A program made the translations under genes and the position numbers. Below the pieces are notes generated by a model, which was given only the letters and a program-made list of their open reading frames with translations, was not told where the DNA came from and made no database searches. 64,000 nt of DNA. Source: Bacteroidetes bacterium 43-93. Its GTDB lineage: Bacteria; Bacteroidota; Bacteroidia; Chitinophagales; Chitinophagaceae. Of the stretch, positions 19,905 through 29,465 are shown in pieces (within the stretch, counting starts at the first letter, position 1; the number at the start of each line of letters is the position of its first letter). Location of the stretch: contig MKUO01000018.1 of assembly GCA_001897855.1 (NCBI GenBank), positions 147,513 through 211,512 of the forward strand, given 5' to 3'.

Positions 19905-21260
19905 ATGAAAAGAACTTTCTACCTGGTGATATTGTCGTTGCTATACGCATATACCGCCCATGCACAGATGACTGCGCGCGTTGTCCGCGATTCTTTATTT
20001 ATACCCTGGGAAATAACATGGGGGCCGGATGACCATATATGGTTTACCCAAAAAAATGGCTACATCTGCCGAATGGAACCAACGAGCGGGCATATAGACA
20101 CATTGTACCATGAGCCGGAGGTTGTAATACAAGGCGAGGGCGGCATGCTGGGCCTTGCGCTACATCCCAACTTCCCCACCCCGCCATTTGTGTACGTAGC
20201 CTACGATTATATGAATGGAAGCACCTATACCGCCAAGGTGGTAAAGTACCAGTATGATGCAACCAATAACAAACTCATTAACCCACAAGGATTAATAGCC
20301 AATATAGGGGCGGCCAACTATCATAATGGATGCAGGCTGATGATGGAGGGCAATTACCTGTACATTACCACCGGTGATGCCACCAATCCATCTGTGGCGC
20401 AAGACGTTACAAAGGTTAATGGGAAGATATTAAGAGTAGTGCAGGATGGCAGCATACCGGCAGATAACCCCATGCCTGGCAGCATGCTCTGGAGCTGGGG
20501 CCATAGAAACCCGCAAGGCGTGGTATATGCTAACAATAGATTTTATGAAACAGAGCACGGGCCCGATAATGATGACGAGGTAAACATCATACAAAAAGGG
20601 CGCAATTATGGCTGGCCCAATGTAGAGGGCTATTGTGATAAGCCTGCGGAACTCACCTTCTGCACTGATTCTAACGTGGTGGAACCGTTGAAAGCGTGGA
20701 CGCCAACTATCGCGGTATGCGGCCTGGACTATTACGACCATCCGATGTTTCCAACGCTGCAGAAATCGCTGATCATGTGCACCCTTAAAGATAGCAGCCT
20801 GTATCAATTAAAACTTAACGGCACTCTGGATGGTATTTCTTCTGCGAGCAAGATAAACGCCGTGCATTATGGCAGGCTGCGTGATCTATGCATATCTCCC
20901 GACGGAAGGATATTTATATCTACCAGCAATTCTGATGCATCCGGAAACACCAACCGGATAGATAAAATAATAGAATTATACGATCCTTCATTTAATAGTG
21001 TAAAGCAGTTAGCAGCAAATAATTTTTTAAAAATAATACCTAACCCGGTAACTGATCTTTGCACCATACATGTAAATGATATTGCTAATAGGACACTTAC
21101 CTACAAAATTGTGAATGCAATCGGGGAAACCATTGCCAGTGGCAGCCTGGAGCATACTGATACTCCGTTAGCTACTACAGGATGGACACCGGGATTATAC
21201 TTCATTCAGTTGCGTAATGAACGGGGAACTATAGCTACCGCTAAAATAATCCGGCAGTAG
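19905..21260 (+). CDS. PQQ-dependent glucose/sorbosone dehydrogenase-like beta-propeller with T9SS type A CTD
   Basis: GGMLGLALHPNF, HNG, GHRNPQG, EHGP..DDEVN, NYGWP; C-terminal IIPNP...GLYFIQL. Confidence 0.88.
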   Translation: MKRTFYLVILSLLYAYTAHAQMTARVVRDSLFIPWEITWGPDDHIWFTQKNGYICRMEPTSGHIDTLYHEPEVVIQGEGGMLGLALHPNFPTPPFVYVAYDYMNGSTYTAKVVKYQYDATNNKLINPQGLIANIGAANYHNGCRLMMEGNYLYITTGDATNPSVAQDVTKVNGKILRVVQDGSIPADNPMPGSMLWSWGHRNPQGVVYANNRFYETEHGPDNDDEVNIIQKGRNYGWPNVEGYCDKPAELTFCTDSNVVEPLKAWTPTIAVCGLDYYDHPMFPTLQKSLIMCTLKDSSLYQLKLNGTLDGISSASKINAVHYGRLRDLCISPDGRIFISTSNSDASGNTNRIDKIIELYDPSFNSVKQLAANNFLKIIPNPVTDLCTIHVNDIANRTLTYKIVNAIGETIASGSLEHTDTPLATTGWTPGLYFIQLRNERGTIATAKIIRQ

Positions 21261-21319
21261 TTGTGCAACATTTTTGGAAAATTGGATAATGTTTCTATTT
21301 TTGCAACCCCAACAGCGTT

Positions 21320-21392
21320 GGTGCGGTAGCTCAGTTGGTAGAGCAAAGGACTGAAAATCCTTGTGTCGGGGGTTCAATTCCCTCCCGCACCA
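21320..21392 (+). tRNA. tRNA-Phe(GAA)
   Basis: GGTGCGG/CCGCACC acceptor, CTGAAAA anticodon loop, TTCAATT T-loop; TATTTTTG promoter upstream. Confidence 0.97.
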
Positions 21393-21400
21393 CAATCACA

Positions 21401-21430
21401 AAAAAATGCCTCTCATTGAGAGGCATTTTT
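21401..21430. terminator. bidirectional terminator
   Basis: AAAATGCCTCTC-ATT-GAGAGGCATTTT between tRNA-Phe and a convergent hydrolase. Confidence 0.8.
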
Positions 21431-21444
21431 ATTTATATCTATTC

Positions 21445-22272
21445 CTACAAATAGCTCTGTAAAAAAGAATGAACCTGGGCAAAGTGTTCCTGCCAACCAG
21501 CCTCGTACCAGTTATGGTCTATGCCCTGCCACTTGTAGTATTGGTGAGGCAATTGATGTGCTGCTAACGAATCATTCAGCTTATCTGATTGCTCCATAAA
21601 AACAGTTGTATCTGCCGTGCCATGGAAGATGATAGTTGGCAATGCATTTTTCATATAAGATGCCGGGCTGGCATCGTGCCATAACTGTGGATCAGAAGCA
21701 TAGGTTTGATGCTGCAATAATGTAGTGAGATCGAAGCGTAGATGATGTGTTTGTACCGTACTATCTGTAAGGTCAAACGGGCCGAAAACATCAATCACCA
21801 TTTTTACCTTCTTACGAGTATTGCGGGCGTATGCATATAGCATAGATAAATGCGCCCCGGCAGACTGCCCCATCAGGCAAATTCTTTGGGGATCGATACG
21901 ATACTCAGCGGCGTGTGCCTGAAGAAAGGATAACAGGCTATCTATATCATCCAGCTGTGCAGGATATGCATTATCAGTAGCAAGCCGATAATTCATATCT
22001 ACAATAGCGTACCCGTTTGTTCTAAAAGAATCGTAGAGGGAAGAGGCCGGGAACGCCGGTGCCCCGCCCCATACCCAGCCACCACCATGAATTAATAATA
22101 TAACAGGGCATTTATCAACTACGCTTTTTTCAGGCGGATAAAAGTCGAATTGCTGCGCACTGTTGCTGCCATACGGAATGTGTTTCGCAGTATCAGGCGT
22201 AGCGACCTTATCTTTTGTGCATGCACTGCACAACAGTACTAGTAAGGTAAAATAGGGCAAGACAAAACGCAT
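21445..22272 (-). CDS. alpha/beta hydrolase (esterase/lipase-like) lipoprotein
   Basis: lipobox CSAC, HGGGW, GQSAG, FHGTAD, IDH. Confidence 0.9.
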   Translation of the reverse strand: MRFVLPYFTLLVLLCSACTKDKVATPDTAKHIPYGSNSAQQFDFYPPEKSVVDKCPVILLIHGGGWVWGGAPAFPASSLYDSFRTNGYAIVDMNYRLATDNAYPAQLDDIDSLLSFLQAHAAEYRIDPQRICLMGQSAGAHLSMLYAYARNTRKKVKMVIDVFGPFDLTDSTVQTHHLRFDLTTLLQHQTYASDPQLWHDASPASYMKNALPTIIFHGTADTTVFMEQSDKLNDSLAAHQLPHQYYKWQGIDHNWYEAGWQEHFAQVHSFLQSYL

Positions 22273-22463
22273 GAATAATGGATTTATAATAAAACGCTAT
22301 ATAGGTTCATTTATTACATCCGGTTATTTTCGTTCTACCGTAATGCGTAGATGTACATTGCATGCCCCCTTTGTAGTTATAAATCGCTATCTTCAATTCA
22401 CTCACGGCCATGTGTACGGCCATCTCAGATGATGTATCAGGGATAAACTGAAGATAGTGCCGT

Positions 22464-23153
22464 ATGTGTTTTTCCCCTTCCGTTAGTTTTGGCGCGAGCG
22501 CCGTTTTGGCTACTGCCGGTGCAGTTGCAATGTATCAATCATCTGGCAAGCCTCAAAGGGTATTGGCGGCTGTGCCGTTGCTCTTTGCAATACAGCAATT
22601 TGCAGAGGGCGTTGTGTGGATGTCTTTGCTGCACACGGAATGGGCACATTGGAAAGGTTATGCTACCTATACCTTCCTGCTTTTTGCGCAGGTGATATGG
22701 CCTGTGTATATGCCATTTTGCGCCTTACTGTTTGAGCATCATAAAACACGTAAAAAAATAATTGGCGTGACACTACTGGCAGGACTGTTACTGGCAGCAT
22801 ATACCACCATGCTGCTTGCGTTGCATGTACCTCATCCGATTGCAGAAATGCATCATATACATTATGAGCTTGATTTTGCGCTGGCCCGCAAATGGTATTA
22901 TGGCCTGCTATACTTTATACCTACCATCTTATCTCTTGTACTATCCTCTCACAAGGCATTGCGCAGGATAGGGTATCTGTTTCTTATTTCCTACATATTC
23001 ACACGTCTGCTGTTTCATTTTTACGTGATATCAATATGGTGTTTCTTTGGTGCTGCTATAAGCCTTTTAGTACTTCTTTATATAACGGAGTTGAATAAAA
23101 AGAAGAAAATCATTGTAGATCATAATCCTGATCTGCAAGATCAGATAATATAG
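22464..23153 (+). CDS. multi-pass membrane protein (DUF6629-like)
   Basis: MCFSPSVSF start, PLLFAIQQFAEG, SIWCFFGA. Confidence 0.7.
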   Translation: MCFSPSVSFGASAVLATAGAVAMYQSSGKPQRVLAAVPLLFAIQQFAEGVVWMSLLHTEWAHWKGYATYTFLLFAQVIWPVYMPFCALLFEHHKTRKKIIGVTLLAGLLLAAYTTMLLALHVPHPIAEMHHIHYELDFALARKWYYGLLYFIPTILSLVLSSHKALRRIGYLFLISYIFTRLLFHFYVISIWCFFGAAISLLVLLYITELNKKKKIIVDHNPDLQDQII

Positions 23154-23187
23154 AGACGCCTCCAAAAAGAAGGAGGCGTCTCTATAT
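23150..23187. terminator. bidirectional terminator
   Basis: ATATAGAGACGCCTCC-N8-GGAGGCGTCTCTATAT between convergent genes. Confidence 0.8.
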
Positions 23188-23193
23188 CCATCA

Positions 23194-23586
23194 TTATTTT
23201 TTTAGCTCCAGTTCCTGTACAGTATTATTACCATCTGTAGATTTCCATTTCTGGTATTTTTTGCGGTCTTCTATTATAAGCCAGGTTTTATTGAGCTGGG
23301 TACCATCGCCGCTTATAGTGATAGACTCTCCGTCTTTGGCCCGCTCCCATTTAAAAGGCGTATTGTCCTGCACCTGGTTTTCAAATAAAGAATAGCTGAT
23401 CTTTTTTACGCCGGTTTTATTACGTTTAAACTCTAATGTACCAATGTTGGTTACTTTCAAATCTCGTGTGTTAGGTGTTTTAGATTCGTACTTTACAATT
23501 TTCCATGTGCCTACAATTTTGGGTGAACAGCTCGTCAGGGCGATAACGGATGTTATCGCAGCAATTTTCATCATTGTTTTTTGCAT
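23194..23586 (-). CDS. small lipoprotein (lipocalin-like)
   Basis: lipobox LTSC, then IVGTWK. Confidence 0.7.
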   Translation of the reverse strand: MQKTMMKIAAITSVIALTSCSPKIVGTWKIVKYESKTPNTRDLKVTNIGTLEFKRNKTGVKKISYSLFENQVQDNTPFKWERAKDGESITISGDGTQLNKTWLIIEDRKKYQKWKSTDGNNTVQELELKK

Positions 23587-23735
23587 GTATGTTTTTCGTT
23601 ATGGTTATTCGCTTTATCCCAAAACCTGTGCCAAACAGATCGCATGTATTTACCTTCGTATTAATACTACAAAGTTAGTTTAATGCTAAATATCAATTGC
23701 TCAAGCGTCATATCTTAACTTTGCAAATAAATTTT

Positions 23736-24206
23736 ATGAACCTGCCTGCAGAAATAGCAAAACACGTAAGACAAGTATACTTTGGTGGCAACTGGACTTG
23801 CGTTAACCTGAAAGACACTCTAGCGGGAGTAACTTGGGAACAGGCAACTACAAAACTGTACTCATTTAATACAGTCGCCACATTGGTATACCATATCAAT
23901 TATTATGCGGATGTGCAAGCCAAAGTATTGCAGGGAGATGCGCTAACCGGGAAAGATGAGGAAAGCTTTAAAACCCCACCGATAACAAGCGACGCTGAAT
24001 GGCAGGAGATGCTGAACAAAACATGGGATAAGGCCAATATGCTTGCAGATTTGATTATGCAATTACCGGCAGATAAATTATCGGATACATTTACTGACGA
24101 AAAATACGGTACCTATTATCGAAACCTGCAAGGAATGATAGAGCACACACATTATCACCTGGGACAGATAGTATTGATAAAAAAACTGCTGGCTGAACAA
24201 CCTTAA
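23736..24206 (+). CDS. DinB/YfiT (DUF1572-like) family protein
   Basis: GGNWT, LVYHINYY, IEHTHYHLGQI; TAACTTTG at 23716-23723. Confidence 0.85.
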   Translation: MNLPAEIAKHVRQVYFGGNWTCVNLKDTLAGVTWEQATTKLYSFNTVATLVYHINYYADVQAKVLQGDALTGKDEESFKTPPITSDAEWQEMLNKTWDKANMLADLIMQLPADKLSDTFTDEKYGTYYRNLQGMIEHTHYHLGQIVLIKKLLAEQP

Positions 24207-24209
24207 TCT

Positions 24210-25070
24210 ATGGATGAAATTTTCTTATTGCCTGCTGATTCTGATAATCAGCCAATAGACCGCGAAATTGTTATCCAATATTTCAGGTCTACACAAGATA
24301 CGGTGAGGGCCAAAAGCATACTTACCAAAAATGCGATAAGCCTTGTAATAAAAGGCAATAAGACAATGCACTTTGCAGAAAAAACGGTTCAGGCAAATGA
24401 TAAGGAAATACATTTTTTGTCTGCCGGAAATTGCATTGCTTCTATTGAGTTCCAGGAACAGGAGGAATTTAAAAGTATATTGATCTTCTTTGACGAGCAT
24501 TTATTGGCTGATTTTTTTGCACAGCAAAAGAAGAGCCTTCCCACTGCAAACAAAACAAAACAACCCTATATCTCTTTAAAGAAGGATAACTTCATCCGCA
24601 ATTACATCAGTTCTCTTGAGCTGGTATTGCAACACGGCAAAAAAATATCAGAGCAGATGAGCGTTCTGAAATTTGGCGAGTTAATGCAATACCTGCTGGA
24701 ATACTACCCGGGCACGTTGCTCTCGTTTCAATATCGCCAGCAGCATACTTTTGACGATGTTACCATACGCAAAACTGTGGAAGCAAACATTACAAGTAAC
24801 CTTACCGTAGAAGAGCTGGCATTTCTCTGCAATGTGAGTGCATCTACATTTAAAAGACGTTTTCGGGATATCTATAATACTTCTCCCATTAACTGGTTTA
24901 TAGAAGAGCGAATGAAAATGGCCAGGAAACTACTTACTAATAAAAGAATAAAACCTGCCGACGTATATCATCAGCTTGGGTACGAGAACCATTCGAGCTT
25001 TAGCCGCATATTCCGAAAATACTATGGCATGTCTCCCAAAGAATATGCCGAAGCCAATATGGCCGTGTAA
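24210..25070 (+). CDS. AraC family transcriptional regulator
   Basis: LAFLCNVSASTFKRRF, LGYENHSSFSRIFRKYYGMSP. Confidence 0.92.
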   Translation: MDEIFLLPADSDNQPIDREIVIQYFRSTQDTVRAKSILTKNAISLVIKGNKTMHFAEKTVQANDKEIHFLSAGNCIASIEFQEQEEFKSILIFFDEHLLADFFAQQKKSLPTANKTKQPYISLKKDNFIRNYISSLELVLQHGKKISEQMSVLKFGELMQYLLEYYPGTLLSFQYRQQHTFDDVTIRKTVEANITSNLTVEELAFLCNVSASTFKRRFRDIYNTSPINWFIEERMKMARKLLTNKRIKPADVYHQLGYENHSSFSRIFRKYYGMSPKEYAEANMAV

Positions 25071-25141
25071 GCATAGTCTGTGACCGTCTGTGTCAAACAC
25101 AACTGCATAGTATGCTCCTAGCTTTGTACAAAATCTAAGAC

Positions 25142-25561
25142 ATGAGTATTAATGCAGAAAACAACAAGGCCATCGTACGGCGATTTAACAAAGAATGTAT
25201 TGAAGAAGGAAGAATGGAATCGTTTGAAGAATTACTTGCAGAGGACGCCATCAATCATAGCGCGCAGCCCGGCGCACCTAATGGGCCAGAAAGTTTTTAT
25301 CATTTCCTGAATGATATTTTAAGAAAAGCGTTCAGCGAATTACGAGTGGAAATACTGGAACAGGTAGCGGAGAATGACCTGGTAACCACACGAAAAAAGA
25401 TCTATGGTAAGCACAGTGGCCAATTGTTTGATATACCCCCAACGAATAAAAATGTCATCATCCATGTAATAGACATCATCAGGCTAAAAGACGGGCGATA
25501 CGCAGAACACTGGGGACAAAGCAATTTTTCAGATATAGTACAACAACTTAAACATCAATAA
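25142..25561 (+). CDS. SnoaL-like ester cyclase family
   Basis: NKAIVRRF, AENDLV, HSGQLFDIPPT, EHWG; TAGCTTTG at 25119-25126. Confidence 0.88.
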   Translation: MSINAENNKAIVRRFNKECIEEGRMESFEELLAEDAINHSAQPGAPNGPESFYHFLNDILRKAFSELRVEILEQVAENDLVTTRKKIYGKHSGQLFDIPPTNKNVIIHVIDIIRLKDGRYAEHWGQSNFSDIVQQLKHQ

Positions 25562-25841
25562 AAATACCGGTGGAATTTAACTATAACAAAAAAACATTAA
25601 ATTGCCATAATTAAATAATTACTTAATAGTAGAAATCTACATTATTTTGAACATCGTAAGTTCAAAAGTAACGGGTGATATTTGTCATAGTATTGTTTAT
25701 AACACAATGAGCATTGTCATTAAAATGTAATAGTGAAGAGTATTAACCAAATTTTACCACAAACTTTGGTGTATCTACAACAATTAATTTCACCAAAAGT
25801 TAAAAACGGTATAACATTGCAACAGTCAATTTAATATTTGT

Positions 25842-27227
25842 ATGAGATTTTTACCTGTGTCGCTTGGATTGTTGCTCTTGGGTTTATCAGCATCAGCACA
25901 ACAAACAAACCAACAAACAAACCGTTCCTGTGGTATGGAACTATTAAAACAGCACCTGATCGCAAAAAATCCGGTAATGGAGGAACGTTTTGCACAAACG
26001 CTGGAAGAAAATACCACCTATGCGAGGCAATTGCTCACAAACGATGCAGCGGCAAAAACTACAGCTAACGATATTACTATTCCTGTAGTATTTCACATAG
26101 TACTCACCGATGCCCAGATAGCGCAATTGGGTGGACCATCCGGTGTGGCACAGCGTGTAGATTCACAGATGGCTGTACTAAATCGTGATTTTAACGGCAC
26201 CAACAGTGATGTTTCACAAATTCCTGCTGATTTCAAGGCGGTATTTGGCAAAGCTAACATCGGCTTTGCACTTGCCCATACAGACCCTAAAGGTGCAGGC
26301 ACACCGGGCTACGAGATCATTACCACTACGCAACAGGGCTTTGAAGAAAGCAGCAGTGTAGGATCGGGTATGGGATTTTCTTCCGGTAAGTATGTAAATG
26401 GGCCTGCCACTTCCTGGGATGCCGATAAATATCTTAATATCTGGGTCTTTAACTTGCTAAACAATGGTAGTGCATCTGGTATATTAGGACTTACAATGCC
26501 TCCATCTTTTATGACTTATGGTATATCAGGGCTCACAAAAGATGAATTAGGCATTGTACTCAATTATGGAGCATTTGGCAAATATGGCCCTGGAGTTAAC
26601 TACTTTATTTCCGGCATCAACGGTGGCAGAACATTAACTCATGAAATGGGTCATTTTTTTGAAATATGGCATGTATGGGGTGATGACAATGGTAAATGCC
26701 CCGGCGCAGGTGGCAAGGACGATGGTATTACCGATACACCTCCACAGTCGAACGCTACATATGGCTGCCCCAGCTACCCTTTGTTTGATAGCTGTACTAA
26801 AACAGGCGATGGCATCATGTTCATGAATTTTATGGATTATGTAAATGATGCGTGCATGCACATGTTTACGGCTGAGCAAGCTAAAGTAATGAGCTCCCAG
26901 ACATTGGCCGGTAAGGAATCTTATTCCCTTATTCTGCACCCGGAACTGACAAGCTGGCCAACAGGCGTATCTAATATCGTAAACGCCGCAAACGTATTTA
27001 ATGTCTATCCAAACCCAAGTACAGGCAGCGTAAACATTACCTTGCTGCAGGATGGAGTTAACAATATACGGGTTACTGATATTACCGGCAGGATGGTAGA
27101 AAATATAATGGTTGACAAATCTCAGACCAGCTATGCGATGAACCTTTCGGGTCAGCCCAAGGGCATGTACATCATCCACTGCAATACCGGCAATGGTGAT
27201 GCTGTAAGCAAGCTGATACTGCAATAA
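25842..27227 (+). CDS. M43 (pappalysin/ulilysin-like) zinc metalloprotease with T9SS CTD
   Basis: prodomain RSCG, IPVVFHIV, HEMGHFFEIWH, DTP, NFMDY Met-turn, YPNP CTD. Confidence 0.9.
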   Translation: MRFLPVSLGLLLLGLSASAQQTNQQTNRSCGMELLKQHLIAKNPVMEERFAQTLEENTTYARQLLTNDAAAKTTANDITIPVVFHIVLTDAQIAQLGGPSGVAQRVDSQMAVLNRDFNGTNSDVSQIPADFKAVFGKANIGFALAHTDPKGAGTPGYEIITTTQQGFEESSSVGSGMGFSSGKYVNGPATSWDADKYLNIWVFNLLNNGSASGILGLTMPPSFMTYGISGLTKDELGIVLNYGAFGKYGPGVNYFISGINGGRTLTHEMGHFFEIWHVWGDDNGKCPGAGGKDDGITDTPPQSNATYGCPSYPLFDSCTKTGDGIMFMNFMDYVNDACMHMFTAEQAKVMSSQTLAGKESYSLILHPELTSWPTGVSNIVNAANVFNVYPNPSTGSVNITLLQDGVNNIRVTDITGRMVENIMVDKSQTSYAMNLSGQPKGMYIIHCNTGNGDAVSKLILQ

Positions 27228-27279
27228 GAAACAAAAAAGCGGAACGTACCGCGCGCCGCCTTATAATATACTATAAAGT

Positions 27280-27316
27280 AAAAGGCCCGGACATCTAAGT
27301 GATATCCGGGCCTTTT
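27280..27316. terminator. bidirectional terminator
   Basis: AAAAGGCCCGGA-N13-TCCGGGCCTTTT. Confidence 0.8.
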
Positions 27317-27317
27317 C

Positions 27318-28157
27318 TTATGCCATTATCAGTAGCCTGATACCGACTATTGCCAAACAGATGGCCAACGCTTTAATGATGATTTCCCCTTTGATCTTGT
27401 GAGATAATAAAGCCCCTAGCTGCGCGCCTACAACCACACCTACTCCCAGACTTAAAACCATCTTTAACACCGCGGGATCGCTATAACTGCCTTTGAATAT
27501 ATTAACGATAACACTTACCGTTGACATGACAGCGAGTATAAAGTGCGATGTAGCAGTAGCGATATATACCGGGAAATGCAACCAATGTACCATAGCGGGC
27601 ACGTGTATAATACCGCCGCCAATACCCAGCAATGGTGATAAAAAACCTACAAGTATGCTGATAACGATACCTATAGCCTGGTTGTAAGAATATTCATGCA
27701 CCTTGCCATTATTATCTACCAGGCGGCGATGCGTTAGTTTGTTATTTACAGCGAGAGGATCGTTAAGATCATCCGTATCAACAACTGCCGGTTTGCGCTT
27801 TTTGATAAAAAGAAATACTGAAAGCACTATGAGCAGGATGCCGAATATAATATGAAATACATCGGTAGGTATATACTGCGTGGTAAATACCCCAAGGATA
27901 GAACCCGGTATCGTAAATAATGCAAAAATGATCCCTGCTTTATAATCTATCCTGCCGGAGCGTGCGTATGCTATGGAGCCTGATATGGCATTCGCAGCGA
28001 CGATAGCGATAGAAATAGCCGTAACAATTTCTGGCTTCAACTCGGGCCGTGTTAGCAATAACACCGGAACCAGTATAAATCCTCCGCCTGCACCTATCAG
28101 CGTACCTATAGTGCCTATCAAAAAACCAACAATAATCAGAATTAATATATTATCCAT
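27318..28157 (-). CDS. TauE/SafE family (sulfite exporter-like) permease
   Basis: GAGGGFILVP, GIGGGIIHVP, ATATS repeats. Confidence 0.9.
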   Translation of the reverse strand: MDNILILIIVGFLIGTIGTLIGAGGGFILVPVLLLTRPELKPEIVTAISIAIVAANAISGSIAYARSGRIDYKAGIIFALFTIPGSILGVFTTQYIPTDVFHIIFGILLIVLSVFLFIKKRKPAVVDTDDLNDPLAVNNKLTHRRLVDNNGKVHEYSYNQAIGIVISILVGFLSPLLGIGGGIIHVPAMVHWLHFPVYIATATSHFILAVMSTVSVIVNIFKGSYSDPAVLKMVLSLGVGVVVGAQLGALLSHKIKGEIIIKALAICLAIVGIRLLIMA

Positions 28158-28226
28158 GACTCATTAATAATCTTACGAGATTGTAAAGATAGCCAGCACG
28201 CTGAAGTATCTATGCGAGTGATATAC

Positions 28227-29366
28227 CTATGAATTATTACCATACGTAATGCGGTATATAATACCGGCATAATCGTCTGACACCAGCAATGACCCATCTT
28301 GGAGCTGCAATACCGATACGGGCCTCCCCCATGCCTTACCATTTTTGAGCCAACCCTCGGCAAATACGCTATATTTTTTTAGTTTGCCATCTTCTAGCTC
28401 TACCGTTGTTATCCGATAACCTTGCGGTACGGATCGGTTCCAGGAGCCATGCTCTGCAATAAAAATGCGTTCCCTGTACTCAGCAGGGAACATATTTCCT
28501 GTATAAAACTTCATACCGAGGGCAGCAGTATGCGCCGCCAGCTTAGCCACCGGTGGTGTAAAATCCTTACAATTATACCCTGCACCAAACTCCGGGTCTA
28601 GTATATCTCCCTGGTGGCAATAAGGATAACCAAAGTTCATATCTTTCTGCGGGGCATGGTTTAGCTCATCTGCAGGAATATCATCGCCCAGCATATCGCG
28701 GCCATTGTCTGTAAACCACAAATCATGAGTCTGGGGGTCCCAGTCAAAACCTACGCTATTGCGTATCCCATTAGCAAATACCTCAAAACCGGTACCATCA
28801 GGATTCATTCTTGTAATGGAGGCAAACCTTTCATCCTGCTCATTATCGTTACAGATATTACAGGGCGCGCCTACAGGTACATATAATTTATCATCGGGGC
28901 CGAAAGCTATATACTTCCACCCATGATATTTTTTATAAGGAAAGTTATTGCTCACCAGTATGGGTTTCGCCGGATGTGCAAGGCTTTGTTCTATATTGTC
29001 AATACGCCATATTTTATCTACCTCAGCAATATAAAGACTCCCTTTGCGAAAAGCGACGCCATTTGGCATCGTTAAGCCGCTGGCTACAATATACTTTTCA
29101 TCTGCAATGCCGTCCTTATTTTTATCTACAAGGGCATATACTTTATCCTCTTCCTTGTTACCTACAAACACAGTGCCTTTATCGCCCAGGGCCAGTGAAC
29201 GCGCATCTTTGACACTATCGGCAAAAATGGAAATATGAAAGCCCGGAGGCATTTTAATATCAGCTAATCGCGGATCTGTAACTTTTTGAAGTGTTGTATT
29301 ATGACAGGAACTGCATAATGCAAGAAGAGAAACTATCGATAAAACAACTCGCGACTGAAGATTCAT
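28227..29366 (-). CDS. L-sorbosone dehydrogenase-like PQQ-dependent lipoprotein
   Basis: lipobox CSSC, HGWK..FGPD, GAPCNIC, GIRNSVG, DNGRD, HGSWNR, GRP. Confidence 0.88.
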   Translation of the reverse strand: MNLQSRVVLSIVSLLALCSSCHNTTLQKVTDPRLADIKMPPGFHISIFADSVKDARSLALGDKGTVFVGNKEEDKVYALVDKNKDGIADEKYIVASGLTMPNGVAFRKGSLYIAEVDKIWRIDNIEQSLAHPAKPILVSNNFPYKKYHGWKYIAFGPDDKLYVPVGAPCNICNDNEQDERFASITRMNPDGTGFEVFANGIRNSVGFDWDPQTHDLWFTDNGRDMLGDDIPADELNHAPQKDMNFGYPYCHQGDILDPEFGAGYNCKDFTPPVAKLAAHTAALGMKFYTGNMFPAEYRERIFIAEHGSWNRSVPQGYRITTVELEDGKLKKYSVFAEGWLKNGKAWGRPVSVLQLQDGSLLVSDDYAGIIYRITYGNNS

Positions 29367-29465
29367 AAATTACTGGTGTGGTACTAATGGCTCTCAAATA
29401 TACGAAAGGCCTTTGTCATGTCTTTACGACGATAAAATCATACCATCTGACAACATACTAACAGT

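Noticed and set aside
5825-21313. Shared TTTGCAACCCCAAC before both tRNAs (5825, 21300)
   Set aside because: Explained by the -7 promoter element and a conserved stable-RNA start region
25562-25841. 280-bp AT-rich intergenic region as a possible sRNA
   Set aside because: No stable stem or terminator; consistent with a promoter region for the M43 gene
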